64,000 nucleotides of DNA, taken from NCBI GenBank assembly GCA_038523235.1, contig JBCBJQ010000005.1, positions 1 through 64,000 on the forward strand, in the 5' to 3' direction. Under the pieces are notes generated by a model, which was not told the origin of the DNA, did no database searches, and saw only the letters and a program-made list of their open reading frames with translations. Below, in pieces: positions 28,173-38,241 of this stretch. Source of the DNA: Cyanobacteria bacterium J06626_4. Lineage in GTDB: Bacteria > Cyanobacteriota > Cyanobacteriia > Phormidesmidales > Phormidesmidaceae. A program made the position numbers and the translations under genes. Position 1 is the first letter of the stretch. Each line of letters begins with the position of its first letter.

Positions 28173-30454
28173 GTCGTGGGCAGGGGCTTAATGCGGAGGT
28201 TCCCGGTGAGAAACCGAGGCCGAAACAGCACGCGGAGCAAAATCCACAGCGATCGCAGTTCACCCGGTGAGTTCCACCGCTTCCACTGACCAGGACGACA
28301 AAAGAGCATCTCGATTAGCTGTCGTTGTTGGGTCATGGTCAGCGGCTCAAAGGCCACCATTGCTACCGGGAAATCTTCCTGATCCGACGTCTCAATCAGT
28401 TTGCCCGGTAGCGAGAGTGCCGCTTCGGCAATCACTAAGGTCACGCTGCGTTCCTCCCCTGGCGCGAGTGGCGGTAACCCCCGCTGAGTGAGGGCAATGA
28501 CGGCCCCGGTTTCGGCCATGTGCTCGGTGACGCCCCACCATGACGTCAGTCGTATCTGCCCCGTCGCCTCGGGCGTTTCTACCACCAGCCGCACGACTCG
28601 CCGCAACGCTAGCCAAACGTCGTTCTCGGGAGTGGGCACATCCAGCAAAATCAAGAGGGCGATCGCCAGCATAATCAGGTTGTAGGCACTCCACATCCAG
28701 CCGAGGGCCAACCCGCGGGGATAGTAGTCACTGCCGCCCATCATCGCCAAGCACCAGCCTAAATTACGCCAGAGGCTAATAGCTGTGAGAAAAAAGACGA
28801 TGAGTAGGGGCCAGGCCAGTTTCCAGTTAAAGACAAACCGCTGGCTGCTGATGCCCTTGGGCGTCACGTGAAACCCTTGGGCAAACGGCTGCAGCAGCGC
28901 CTGAATCACTGTCGCTGCCAGAGGAAACACCAAGACGAGGGTATAGACATCGGACAACAGCGCCGATCGCGCTCGATGGTTAAGCCAGCTAAACACCGTG
29001 AGCTGCACCAAATAGTAAGGCAAAAAGAAATACAGCACCTCTGCCGTCGAGGCCTGAATCGGAATTACCTGCAAAAACGTATAGGCCAGCGGCATGAGCA
29101 GAAACACAATGCGGGGAATGCTGCTAAACCAGTGCAATAACCCTTCTAAATGGGCCAGCCGCTGAATCGGCGTCAGCCCCGGAATGGTGAGCGGATTGGA
29201 CTCGATGAAAAACGCCTGTAGCGTGCCCTGAGCCCAGCGAATTCGCTGCGTGGCATGGGCGGCGATCGTTTCTGCCGCTAGGCCCGCGCTGAGCTTTTCT
29301 TCCAGGTAAATAACCTGGTTACCTTGGGCCGCGAGCCGCACGGCGGTGAAATAGTCTTCGCTCAAGGATTCAGTTACAAAGCCGCCAGTCGCTTCGAGGG
29401 CGGCGCGGCGCACCACAAATGAGGTGCCTGAGCAAACCACCCCGCCCACGCCATCACGCATGGGCTGAATCTGGCGATAAAACACCTCCTCATCAGGCGT
29501 GAGAATGCCTTCGAGTCCCAGGTTGCGGGCGATCGGGTCGGGATTATAAAAGCTTTGCGGCGTCTGCACCAGCGCCACCTGTGGATCTTGAAAAAAACCG
29601 ACGGTGCGCCAGAGAAAGTTGCGGGTCGGCACAAAATCTGCATCAAAGGAGACGATCAGCTCGCCCGAGGTCTGGGCGATCGCATGGTTTAAGTTGCCGG
29701 CCTTGGCGTGATGATTGTCGGGGCGGGTGAGATACTCGCAGCCGAGTTCTGCCGCTAAGGCTTGAATGGCCGGACGTCTCGTGTCATCCAGCAAGTAAAC
29801 GGTAGTGTCGGGATAGTCCATCGCCTGGCAGCCAATCACCGTCCGTCGCAAAATAAACGCGGGCTCATCATAGGTGGGAATAAACACATCTACCCGTGGC
29901 GTATAGCGCCCTGCGATTACCTCACCCTGCAGCTGATCGGCCTGGGGTCGGCGATCGCTCACCCGCAGCAGCAGCACCAGCTGAATAATGCTGCCCGTCA
30001 CCCCTAACAGCTCCATCACCAGCAACAAAATGCTCAAGGTGCCGCTCAGGGGCGTTGCGAGGTTGAGCGTTGAGAGAAGGCGCCAAGATAAGTAGCGCAA
30101 TAGCAGCCCGAGCAGAATCGCAATCACGATAATTCGTGACCAAGTTTTCGGCCTCGGGGACACTTTGGTAATCATCCAGGCCACCAAAAACAGCGTCACC
30201 GTGGGGACCAACAGGTAGCGCCCGGCCAACATTGGCGCTTCGGCCCATACCGGTGGATTGGCCTGAATTTTAGCGATTTGCGCAAAGATGCTGGCAATTT
30301 GCGACTGGCCCGCAAACCAGGCGATCGCGATGCCCGCTGCACCCACCACAATGCTGATGAGAACAAACGTGGCCCAACGAATGGAACCGACCGCTGGCTG
30401 GGTCGGCCCTGGCGAGGCCGTTGACCGTGTCTGACTGGGAGGCAAGGTCTTCAT
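28163..30454 (-). CDS. Cellulose synthase-like GT2 glycosyltransferase with a C-terminal PilZ-like region
   Basis: VDVFIPTYDE, LLDD, HAKAGNLN, FDADF, VQTPQ.F, SEDY and QRIRW (D,D,D,QxxRW); FHVTPK gating loop. Confidence 0.9.
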   Translation of the reverse strand: MKTLPPSQTRSTASPGPTQPAVGSIRWATFVLISIVVGAAGIAIAWFAGQSQIASIFAQIAKIQANPPVWAEAPMLAGRYLLVPTVTLFLVAWMITKVSPRPKTWSRIIVIAILLGLLLRYLSWRLLSTLNLATPLSGTLSILLLVMELLGVTGSIIQLVLLLRVSDRRPQADQLQGEVIAGRYTPRVDVFIPTYDEPAFILRRTVIGCQAMDYPDTTVYLLDDTRRPAIQALAAELGCEYLTRPDNHHAKAGNLNHAIAQTSGELIVSFDADFVPTRNFLWRTVGFFQDPQVALVQTPQSFYNPDPIARNLGLEGILTPDEEVFYRQIQPMRDGVGGVVCSGTSFVVRRAALEATGGFVTESLSEDYFTAVRLAAQGNQVIYLEEKLSAGLAAETIAAHATQRIRWAQGTLQAFFIESNPLTIPGLTPIQRLAHLEGLLHWFSSIPRIVFLLMPLAYTFLQVIPIQASTAEVLYFFLPYYLVQLTVFSWLNHRARSALLSDVYTLVLVFPLAATVIQALLQPFAQGFHVTPKGISSQRFVFNWKLAWPLLIVFFLTAISLWRNLGWCLAMMGGSDYYPRGLALGWMWSAYNLIMLAIALLILLDVPTPENDVWLALRRVVRLVVETPEATGQIRLTSWWGVTEHMAETGAVIALTQRGLPPLAPGEERSVTLVIAEAALSLPGKLIETSDQEDFPVAMVAFEPLTMTQQRQLIEMLFCRPGQWKRWNSPGELRSLWILLRVLFRPRFLTGNLRIKPLPTTQG

Positions 30455-31001
30455 AGGGGGCGCGGGGTAGAAAGAGTGAGGGTCGGGTGTGCAGGGTGAG
30501 CCGGATAACTGGTATCGCCAATGGGGCGCCGGGGTTGCTTCAGGGCTCCGTAGCTGCGCCCTGAACGGCCATCAGCTAAGCCATCAGGTCAACACTTTCC
30601 CTGCTCGGCAAGGGCAACGCCCCATCCGATCTCACCGTAATTCACCCATTTAATATCCACAGTGGGGCTTTAAAGGTTTTTAAAAAGCTTCTAAATGTGG
30701 CCGAATCAGCTACATTCAATCAATAAAGTTGCTGAGACAAGTCACTGCATAATAAACGCGAAAAGGGATGCTTTAGTCGGAAAGTCAAGGTCAATGGACT
30801 CCCTCAAGACAACCTGCTTTCTATTGTGCCAAGTTAACCGACCGACTGCTGACTTATCTAAATTCCCCTGCGGCCGCGCGATCAGGACGCCGCTAGCACT
30901 CAGAAAAACTATCGGGAAGGAGAACCGAGTCGCTACCCTGCAGTCAGCCGACGCTACGTTATCGTAAGACTGACGAGCCCGTGAATCAGAGATATCACCC
31001 T

Positions 31002-32207
31002 ATGGCGACGCAGTGCCTGAGCTGGCAAGAGCTAGAAACCCTGACCGATTACGCGATCGACCGCGTCAATGGCCCGACCAATGCCCAAGCGCGACTGCGG
31101 CTATTTGGCCAAGACGAGTCGGCGGTGCGCGTCACGCTCTATCGCGATAATCATGCCTGGTGTCCCTATTGCCAAAAGGTCTGGCTCTGGCTGGAAGAAA
31201 AGCAGATTCCCTATCGCATCGAAAAGATCACGATGTTTTGCTATGGCAAAAAGGAAGCCTGGTACAAGCGCAAAGTCCCCTCAGGAATGCTGCCCGCCCT
31301 AGAACTCGATGGTCGCCTAATCACTGAAAGCGATGATATTTTGCTGGCCCTAGAGCGCACCTTTGGCCCTTTGGTCTACGGCCTGCAAGATCGGCAAGTG
31401 ATGCCCCTGCGCCAGCTCGAACGGCTGCTGTTTCGCGCCTGGTGCTATTGGTTGTGCTACCAGTCGCGATCGCAGCGCGAAGAACAGCACAATCGCGAGC
31501 AGTTTATTCAAGTCGTTGCCCAAGTCGAAGACGCTCTCAGTCAGACGCCGGGGCCGTTTTTTCTCGATCCCTTTAGCACGGCTGATGTCATCTTCACGCC
31601 CTATGTCGAGCGCATGAATGCCAGCCTGTATTACTACAAAGGCTATTCCCTACGGGAAGAGAACCCCCATCTGTCGGCCTGGTTTGACGGGTTAGAGAGC
31701 CGCTCCACCTATCGCGGCACTCAGAGCGATTTTCACACCCATGTGCATGATTTGCCACCGCAAATGGGTGGCTGCTACGACAACGGTGAGCCCCAAACCC
31801 TGGCCTATCAGCAGCGGGTCGATCAGGGGCCGTGGCTGGGGTTGCCCGATGTCACCTATCCTGAACCGGAGTCGGCACGAGCCGAAGCACTGCAACGAGT
31901 GTTGCGACATCGCCCGAATCTGCTGCGCGTCAACCCCTTAGAGAGCGACAAATTTGACCCAGCCCTGCGCTGTGCGCTGACTCACCTGATGACAGGTGAA
32001 ACTACATCGCCGCCCCCTGGCACGGATAAAGGCTTGCGATATTTGCGCGATCGCATCAGTGTGCCCCGCGATATGTCGATTTATGCCGCCAAGCGCCTTC
32101 GCGCTTCGTTAGAACATACTGCCGCCCTCGTCGGCGATCAGCAAGGCCCCGCGATTTCGCCCAAACATCGCCACGATCAAAATCCGCTCGATTTTGCGCC
32201 AGTGTGA
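31002..32207 (+). CDS. Glutathione S-transferase family protein
   Basis: [32 protein letters not shown]...TESDDIL and ADV.F.PY.ERM motifs. Confidence 0.9.
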   Translation: MATQCLSWQELETLTDYAIDRVNGPTNAQARLRLFGQDESAVRVTLYRDNHAWCPYCQKVWLWLEEKQIPYRIEKITMFCYGKKEAWYKRKVPSGMLPALELDGRLITESDDILLALERTFGPLVYGLQDRQVMPLRQLERLLFRAWCYWLCYQSRSQREEQHNREQFIQVVAQVEDALSQTPGPFFLDPFSTADVIFTPYVERMNASLYYYKGYSLREENPHLSAWFDGLESRSTYRGTQSDFHTHVHDLPPQMGGCYDNGEPQTLAYQQRVDQGPWLGLPDVTYPEPESARAEALQRVLRHRPNLLRVNPLESDKFDPALRCALTHLMTGETTSPPPGTDKGLRYLRDRISVPRDMSIYAAKRLRASLEHTAALVGDQQGPAISPKHRHDQNPLDFAPV

Positions 32208-32270
32208 GTTCCCGCTGGCATTGCTCCAACAACTGCTTGAGGACTGTGCCCTCAAGGCGGCTCGTTCTGC

Positions 32271-33020
32271 TCATTCTGCCGGACAGATTTGATCGTCGTA
32301 GGGGGCCGGAACAACAATATAGCCCGCTGCGCCATCACCCAATACCCAGTTGCGAGCCAAGCCCCACCACCACCAGTGAGCCCCAGCATAGGCACAGGTC
32401 ACACTGTCGAGCTGATCTTCTACGACCTTGAGTGCCTTCCCGCTGCTGGGCACTTCCGGCAAAAGCTGTGCCAGTAGCGGTAAGGCCGGTGTCAGAGTCG
32501 GCAAGGTGGCGATTTGCAGACTGCGCAGCTGGTCGAGCGCTTGCCGACGCGCGGCAATGCGGCCCTTCTTGTATTTCAAAATGCGCTCTAACCGAAACAG
32601 GTGAATCGTGGCGGGGTGAGGAAACAGCTCAATCTGATAGCGGCCCACCGCTTGGGGCGTCATGGTGGGTGCATGGCGAAACCCTCGGGCCTCTAGTGCC
32701 AAGCCAAAGTCGATCAGCGTGGCCGCAAAGGGCCGATCTCGATTGGCCGGATAACAGCCCGCATCATATTTACCAAAGTAGCGGTGGGCCAGGCGATCGC
32801 ACATCCGCATCCCTGTGTCATTCGGAATGAGGGTCGGCGCATCTACCGCAATCAGTGCGGGCTCATTGGGGGCAACTTGGCGATCAATCCACGCTAAAAC
32901 GTCGGCCCGCGAGGCATAGTGTTCCAGCGTGACCAGTTCTAACCCCGCTGCGGTGTGCTGCAAACAGCAAACGCCACTGCCCCCCGACTGCCAGCCCAAA
33001 TCAATTCCTAAAAAGCGCAT
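32271..33020 (-). CDS. DUF429 family protein (predicted RNase H-fold nuclease)
   Basis: FLGIDLGW, AVDAP..IPN.TG.R, IELFPHPA, LKYK.G and EDQLD...CAY motifs. Confidence 0.85.
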   Translation of the reverse strand: MRFLGIDLGWQSGGSGVCCLQHTAAGLELVTLEHYASRADVLAWIDRQVAPNEPALIAVDAPTLIPNDTGMRMCDRLAHRYFGKYDAGCYPANRDRPFAATLIDFGLALEARGFRHAPTMTPQAVGRYQIELFPHPATIHLFRLERILKYKKGRIAARRQALDQLRSLQIATLPTLTPALPLLAQLLPEVPSSGKALKVVEDQLDSVTCAYAGAHWWWWGLARNWVLGDGAAGYIVVPAPYDDQICPAE

Positions 33021-33290
33021 CCACCACCTGGTGATCTCCCTTTAGGCACTGTAAAGGGTAGGAGGTGGGGGAGTGGGGGAATAGAGGGTGGAGGGTAGGG
33101 GGAAAAGAAGGTGTGGGGCAAGAGACGAGGTTGTAGAAGAATGGTTGCGATGTAGACGGAGCCTGAGTTTGAGGAGACATTTGAGACATAGGTGAGTTGG
33201 CTGGAGCAGGTAAAATCTCTCGTGAATTCCCGGATAGCTTGGGTAAACTCTTGAGTGCAGGGTTATATGCACTTTTTTCTAGGAACCTTT

Positions 33291-34757
33291 ATGGCGATCG
33301 CACTCTCCCCCTCCACTTTTATTCATAAGCCCATCAAGTTTGGCACTGACGGTTGGCGGGGCATGATGGCGGCTGATTTCACCTTTGAGCGCGTGCAGCA
33401 GGTGGCTCAGGTGGCCGCCCACGTGCTCAAGCAGTGCTACGGCGAACAAACCGGCAGCAACACCGTGATTGTGGGGCACGATCGCCGATTTCTCTCGCCC
33501 GAATTTGCCCGCACGGCAGCGGAGGCGATCGTGGCGCAGGGGTTCGACGTCATGTTGTCAGAGGATTTTGCTCCGACCCCAGCTTTTAGCTGGGCGGCGA
33601 AGGATCAGGGTGCCCTCGGCGCGGTTGTGATTACGGCCAGCCATAACCCGGCGGCTTACAACGGGTTCAAAATCAAAAGTGCCTTTGGCGGATCGGTGCC
33701 CCTGGAGGTCACGCAAAAAGTGGAAGCTCAGCTGGAGCAAACCTTTACCCCAGCGGCTCAGCCCGGTCAACTAACGCGCTTTGATCCGTGGGCCAGCTAT
33801 TGCCAAGAGCTGCAGTCTAAGGTGGATCTGGCCGCGATTCAGGCGGCGATCGCCAGTGGTCAGTTGACGGTGTTTGCCGACGTCATGCATGGGTCGGCAG
33901 CCACAGGTCTCGGCCGCCTGCTCGGCCAATCCATCAACGAGTTGAACACGGATGCCGATCCCCTTTTTGAAGGGGGCGCACCGGAACCATTGCCCAAGTA
34001 TCTGCAGCGTATGTTGAAGACGGTTGCTGCCTATCAGCCTGAAGTAAAGGGTGGCTTGGTGGCTGGCTTGGTGTTTGATGGCGACAGCGATCGCATCGCG
34101 GCAGTTGATGGCCGAGGTCAGTTTCTCAGTTCGCAGATTTTAATCCCCATTCTGATCGACCATTTAACGCAGGTCCACGGCTACTCGGGCGAAGTGATTA
34201 AAACGATCAGTGGTTCTAATTTGATTCCTCAGGTGGCGGCACTTCACGACTTGCCGCTGCATGAAACTGCTGTCGGCTACAAATACATTGCCGATCGCAT
34301 GCTGGAGTCGCAGGCGCTGATTGGCGGCGAAGAGTCGGGCGGTGTCGGGTATGGGCACCACATTCCGGAACGAGATGCCCTGCTGTCGGCCCTCTATGTG
34401 TTGGAGGCGGTGGTAAAGTCAGGGATGGATTTGAGCGATCGCTACCGGCAGCTGCAAGAAAAAACGGGCTATTTTTCTGACTACGATCGCATCGATTTGC
34501 CGTTGCCCAATATGACCATCCGCGATCAGCTCCTGCAAGAGTTGCAGACCAACTGTCCGCAAACCGTGGCGGGCAAAGCGGTCACCCACTGTCTCTCCAT
34601 TGATGGCTACAAGCTGACGCTGGCCGATGGTAGCTGGTTGCTCATCCGCTTTAGTGGCACGGAGCCCGTGCTGCGACTCTACAGCGAGGCCAGCACGTTA
34701 GAGGAGGTGCATAAACATCTCAATTGGGCGAAAGACTGGGCCACCGCGATCGGCTAA
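33291..34757 (+). CDS. Phosphoglucomutase/phosphomannomutase family protein
   Basis: IKFGTDGWRG, TASHNP (phosphoserine loop), FDGDSDR (metal loop), GGEESGG and RFSGTEP motifs. Confidence 0.95.
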   Translation: MAIALSPSTFIHKPIKFGTDGWRGMMAADFTFERVQQVAQVAAHVLKQCYGEQTGSNTVIVGHDRRFLSPEFARTAAEAIVAQGFDVMLSEDFAPTPAFSWAAKDQGALGAVVITASHNPAAYNGFKIKSAFGGSVPLEVTQKVEAQLEQTFTPAAQPGQLTRFDPWASYCQELQSKVDLAAIQAAIASGQLTVFADVMHGSAATGLGRLLGQSINELNTDADPLFEGGAPEPLPKYLQRMLKTVAAYQPEVKGGLVAGLVFDGDSDRIAAVDGRGQFLSSQILIPILIDHLTQVHGYSGEVIKTISGSNLIPQVAALHDLPLHETAVGYKYIADRMLESQALIGGEESGGVGYGHHIPERDALLSALYVLEAVVKSGMDLSDRYRQLQEKTGYFSDYDRIDLPLPNMTIRDQLLQELQTNCPQTVAGKAVTHCLSIDGYKLTLADGSWLLIRFSGTEPVLRLYSEASTLEEVHKHLNWAKDWATAIG

Positions 34758-34808
34758 TCTCCAGGTTTGAGCATCGAGATTCCACTCATTGAGAGTTGAG
34801 ATTGGCTG

Positions 34809-36368
34809 TTAATTGATTTGTTTATTTTCGCCTTCTTCTTTGCCAGAATTTTTGACGTTCACAATCCGCTTTAACAACCCAAACCAAAAGTTTGACCCCA
34901 TCGAGAGCGCAAAGCCGGTGATCAGCCAGCCGATCGCCCGGCGGGGAATTAAGGGCACGAACCAGTTTTCCTGCGCCAACTGTTGCTTGTCGGTCACGGC
35001 TTCGCTGTAGCCCAACGGAATCGGTAAACCGCTCAGGACGCTGTCCACGTCTTCTTCTAACTGCGCGATCGCCGCGCCCTCGGGATTGGTCGTGGCGAAT
35101 TCTTCAGCGGCTTGGGTGACGGCATTGCGAATCGCCGGATCCCGCGATAGACGGTCTAACATATGCAGCGAGTCGGCGTTAAGTGAAATGGCGATCGCGA
35201 AACCAATCAAAAGGCTGACCGCTTTGGCATTGCGGCGATAGACGCCGGCAGCTCGATTCATGCCTCGATCAAACCAGGCCTCGACTTCTATGCCCAGAGA
35301 TTTCACGTCGCTTTCGAGATCAGCCAGATAGATCTTGAGATTGCTGACAGAATCATCCTTCAGATCTTGCATGGTGCTGAGCACGGTATCACTTGCCGTC
35401 GCGGCTAACGAACTGCGCGCCTTTTCAGCCAGTGAAATGAGATTAGCCTGCAGACTTTTAGGAAACACTTGGCTATCGAGCCGGTTAATAATGGCTTTGG
35501 CCATCCCTGCATCTTTGCCGACCAAGCTCTTGAGTTCGTAATAGGCTGGGCTGCTGCGGTCAATAATAGAAACGAGTTCTTGCAAGTCGGGCTGAATCGT
35601 TTTTATCAGGGCCGATTTATCTAAGTTGGTGCTGGCCAAAGTCTTTTTGAGATACTGCAGCCGCCGCATAAAGGTCTCAGTGAGATGGTGATTGTCGGGC
35701 AAGACGTCTTGCGCAGCGGCAATAAACTCATCCAGTCGAAAAACCAGCCGATCAATAGTTTCTGATAGCGTCGTGCGCTTTTCTCTAAAATCACTAATCA
35801 GCTGACCGATTGACTGCTCTAAATCGCGAAATTCGGCATTGAGCAAAAATTCATTTGCCGTGCTAGCTCTGAGATCGTTGACCATGTGATTGAGCGGCAA
35901 CAACAGTTTGTCTTCAACAAATCGCCCGAGTCGGCCTTCGAGCAAGACCTTCCTCAAATCTTCGATCTGCAGATTTTCTAACAGGGCCTGGGCAAAAGTT
36001 TTGCCCGGAATATATGAGGGGCCGCTGGTTTTGTTACCAAAGACGTTGCGCGCGCGAGTAATCGTGCGATAAGTCCGACCCACGACGTGGTTGATTAGCC
36101 GAAAGAAACCGGCGATAGGGCCAGCGGCCTCTTGGTTTAAGCTCCGCACAATCGGCGTGTCGTACAGCTGGTCAGCAAAAGCCTGCGCCGCCTCTTTGCT
36201 CTCATCGTCATTCGCGGCAATCAACACCTCAATCGATCGCTTTAAATGCTCCGCCCGCCATTGCAGAAGCGTGCCAATGATTTCTTGAATTTCACTCGCG
36301 AGTAGGCTCAGGGTTAAGTAAATAAAAACTAAGCCAATCGCGATTTCTAAAATAAACGGGATGGTCAT
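34809..36368 (-). CDS. Conserved hypothetical membrane protein
   Basis: N-terminal TM (LEIAIGLVFIYLTLSLLASEIQE), PSYIP, a helical core, WFD..M.R..G.Y.R and C-terminal TMs (GWLITG.A.SMG..FWF.LL). No function assignable. Confidence 0.8.
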   Translation of the reverse strand: MTIPFILEIAIGLVFIYLTLSLLASEIQEIIGTLLQWRAEHLKRSIEVLIAANDDESKEAAQAFADQLYDTPIVRSLNQEAAGPIAGFFRLINHVVGRTYRTITRARNVFGNKTSGPSYIPGKTFAQALLENLQIEDLRKVLLEGRLGRFVEDKLLLPLNHMVNDLRASTANEFLLNAEFRDLEQSIGQLISDFREKRTTLSETIDRLVFRLDEFIAAAQDVLPDNHHLTETFMRRLQYLKKTLASTNLDKSALIKTIQPDLQELVSIIDRSSPAYYELKSLVGKDAGMAKAIINRLDSQVFPKSLQANLISLAEKARSSLAATASDTVLSTMQDLKDDSVSNLKIYLADLESDVKSLGIEVEAWFDRGMNRAAGVYRRNAKAVSLLIGFAIAISLNADSLHMLDRLSRDPAIRNAVTQAAEEFATTNPEGAAIAQLEEDVDSVLSGLPIPLGYSEAVTDKQQLAQENWFVPLIPRRAIGWLITGFALSMGSNFWFGLLKRIVNVKNSGKEEGENKQIN

Positions 36369-36724
36369 ATCGATTTCTCAGTGCAGACACATAAATGAAA
36401 CGGCAGCTATCCGCAAAACGTCCTCAGCGACGACCAATTTGTCTTCATTCAGCGTCATGGCAAACCGCCACTTAAGCGGCATCCACGGTGGCTGAGCAAC
36501 CCTTCAAAATCTTTGACCTTTTAAGGCGACGAGGTTGACGGGCAGCATCAATCTAATCAACTATAGGCACCGCGACAGCCCTGGCAAATTGAAGCATAGA
36601 GAGTTAGAAACTTCAGCCAGCGCCCTGATCAAGTCAAGCCAATTTGGCAGAGTGGGCGAGGTGTTAACGCCGCCCAACCGGATGACTGTCAGACTCGCTG
36701 TCAGGAGCCATGCGATTCAATCGG

Positions 36725-37114
36725 TTAGTCTTCGGCATCATCTTCGCCGAGCTGCTTGAGATGAATATGCTTGCGACCCAGCGAAATCTCAAACTCATCT
36801 CCTGGTTTCAACCCCATCTGCTTGGTGTAGGTTGAGCCAATGAGCAAATTCCCGTTAGATTGCACCGTAATCCGATAGCTGGCACTACGTCCCCCGCGTC
36901 CATTAGTACTCTGTTCGCTATCAAGTTCAATCCCTTCAGCGGCAATCAGCGCATTCATGAACTTCATCATGTTGACGCGTTCGGCCCCACTTTTGGTGAT
37001 GGTGTAATAGCCACACGCCTTCGCCTTTTCCTCTTTGGTGTAGTCTTCTAATTCCTTTACTTTTTGGACAAGTGCCTGTCCAGTTAGCATCTCAACCTTT
37101 TGCTTTTCAGCCAT
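36725..37114 (-). CDS. Cyanobacterial AbrB-like transcriptional regulator (cyAbrB)
   Basis: LTG.AL..KVKEL, AK.CGYY, GRSASYRI.VQSNGNLLIGSTYT.QM.L.PGDEFEI.LGRKHI.L signature. Confidence 0.93.
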   Translation of the reverse strand: MAEKQKVEMLTGQALVQKVKELEDYTKEEKAKACGYYTITKSGAERVNMMKFMNALIAAEGIELDSEQSTNGRGGRSASYRITVQSNGNLLIGSTYTKQMGLKPGDEFEISLGRKHIHLKQLGEDDAED

Positions 37115-37797
37115 TGTTGATGTCTCGTGATCTACAACAGTTCCGTACACATGGCGAAGGATGCATTAAAAATATTGCAAATCCTACCGCCGTTAACTGT
37201 AATCCCAAAATCAAAAAACAGATCTATCAGATTGCGTTTCTTAGCATTAATGTTGATTATGAAAAATAGAGATATTTGCTCCGGCAGCTGATTGAACTAA
37301 TCCACCGAACTCATTGATCAAGGCAAAAATAATAGCGCAGAATCGGAAGTGTGAACGACTAATTTTGACGTGATGTGTGTAGAAGGTAACTGTCAAACCA
37401 CTGAACACTAATTGTTAAATAACGCAGCCTGAGTCTGGAGTTTTTCGCTAGGTCAAGTACTGGCAGAGCATAATCTTTATGGTTTTCACGCTGCTCATTG
37501 AGGTGTTAATTAATCTCAGTCCTGGCCATTTCCCCAACTGTCGACCGCGTTGTTCCGCCGTTGTGATCAATTCTGATTGCCGTAGGCAAATCGCTGTGAG
37601 TGGCGGCGATGACGGTATGACGCCGTGGCTTTTGGCTGAAGCGACCAATGGGATGGCAGAGAAGCGGGTTTAAAGGGCACGGCAAAGGGGCAGCGTAGAC
37701 CTGTGTCGCGATCGCTGATCGCGGCTGTCGTCACAGCCCTCCTGCAGTGCCATCCCATGGGCTAAATTAAATGAGCCATTGCGATCAGGGAACCACC

Positions 37798-38241
37798 ATG
37801 AAGCTAACGAAGCGGGGGCATTACAGCGTTAAAGCGCTTTTGGATTTAAGTTTGCAATCGGCTGGCGGGGTCGCCTCAGTGAACGAGATCGCCCAGCGGC
37901 AAGATTTGCCAGCGCCTTACTTAGAGAAGCTGCTGATTGAGCTGCGCCGGGCTAATTTGGTGGTCTCTGTGCGGGGGGCGCAGGGCGGCTATCGGCTAGC
38001 CCGGACCGCGGCCAATATCTCTCTCGGTGAAATCTTAGAAGCGGTGGGTGAGACCGTCGCGCCGTTGCCTCACTATCAGCCTGATCTAGCCCAGGCGGAA
38101 GATTGGGTCACTTTCAGCATTTGGAAACGGCTGCACGAAAAGATGAAGTCGGCGCTCTTTAGCATCTCGCTGGAAGACTTGTACTACGATGCCCGCAGTT
38201 GGCAAGCGGCTCAAGGAGAAAATGCCAGCTTTGTGGTGTAG
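37798..38241 (+). CDS. Rrf2 family transcriptional regulator (no Fe-S cysteine triad)
   Basis: MKLT.RGHYSVKALLDL, IA.RQ.LP.PYLEKLL..LRRA.LV.S.RGAQGGY.L. Confidence 0.92.
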   Translation: MKLTKRGHYSVKALLDLSLQSAGGVASVNEIAQRQDLPAPYLEKLLIELRRANLVVSVRGAQGGYRLARTAANISLGEILEAVGETVAPLPHYQPDLAQAEDWVTFSIWKRLHEKMKSALFSISLEDLYYDARSWQAAQGENASFVV

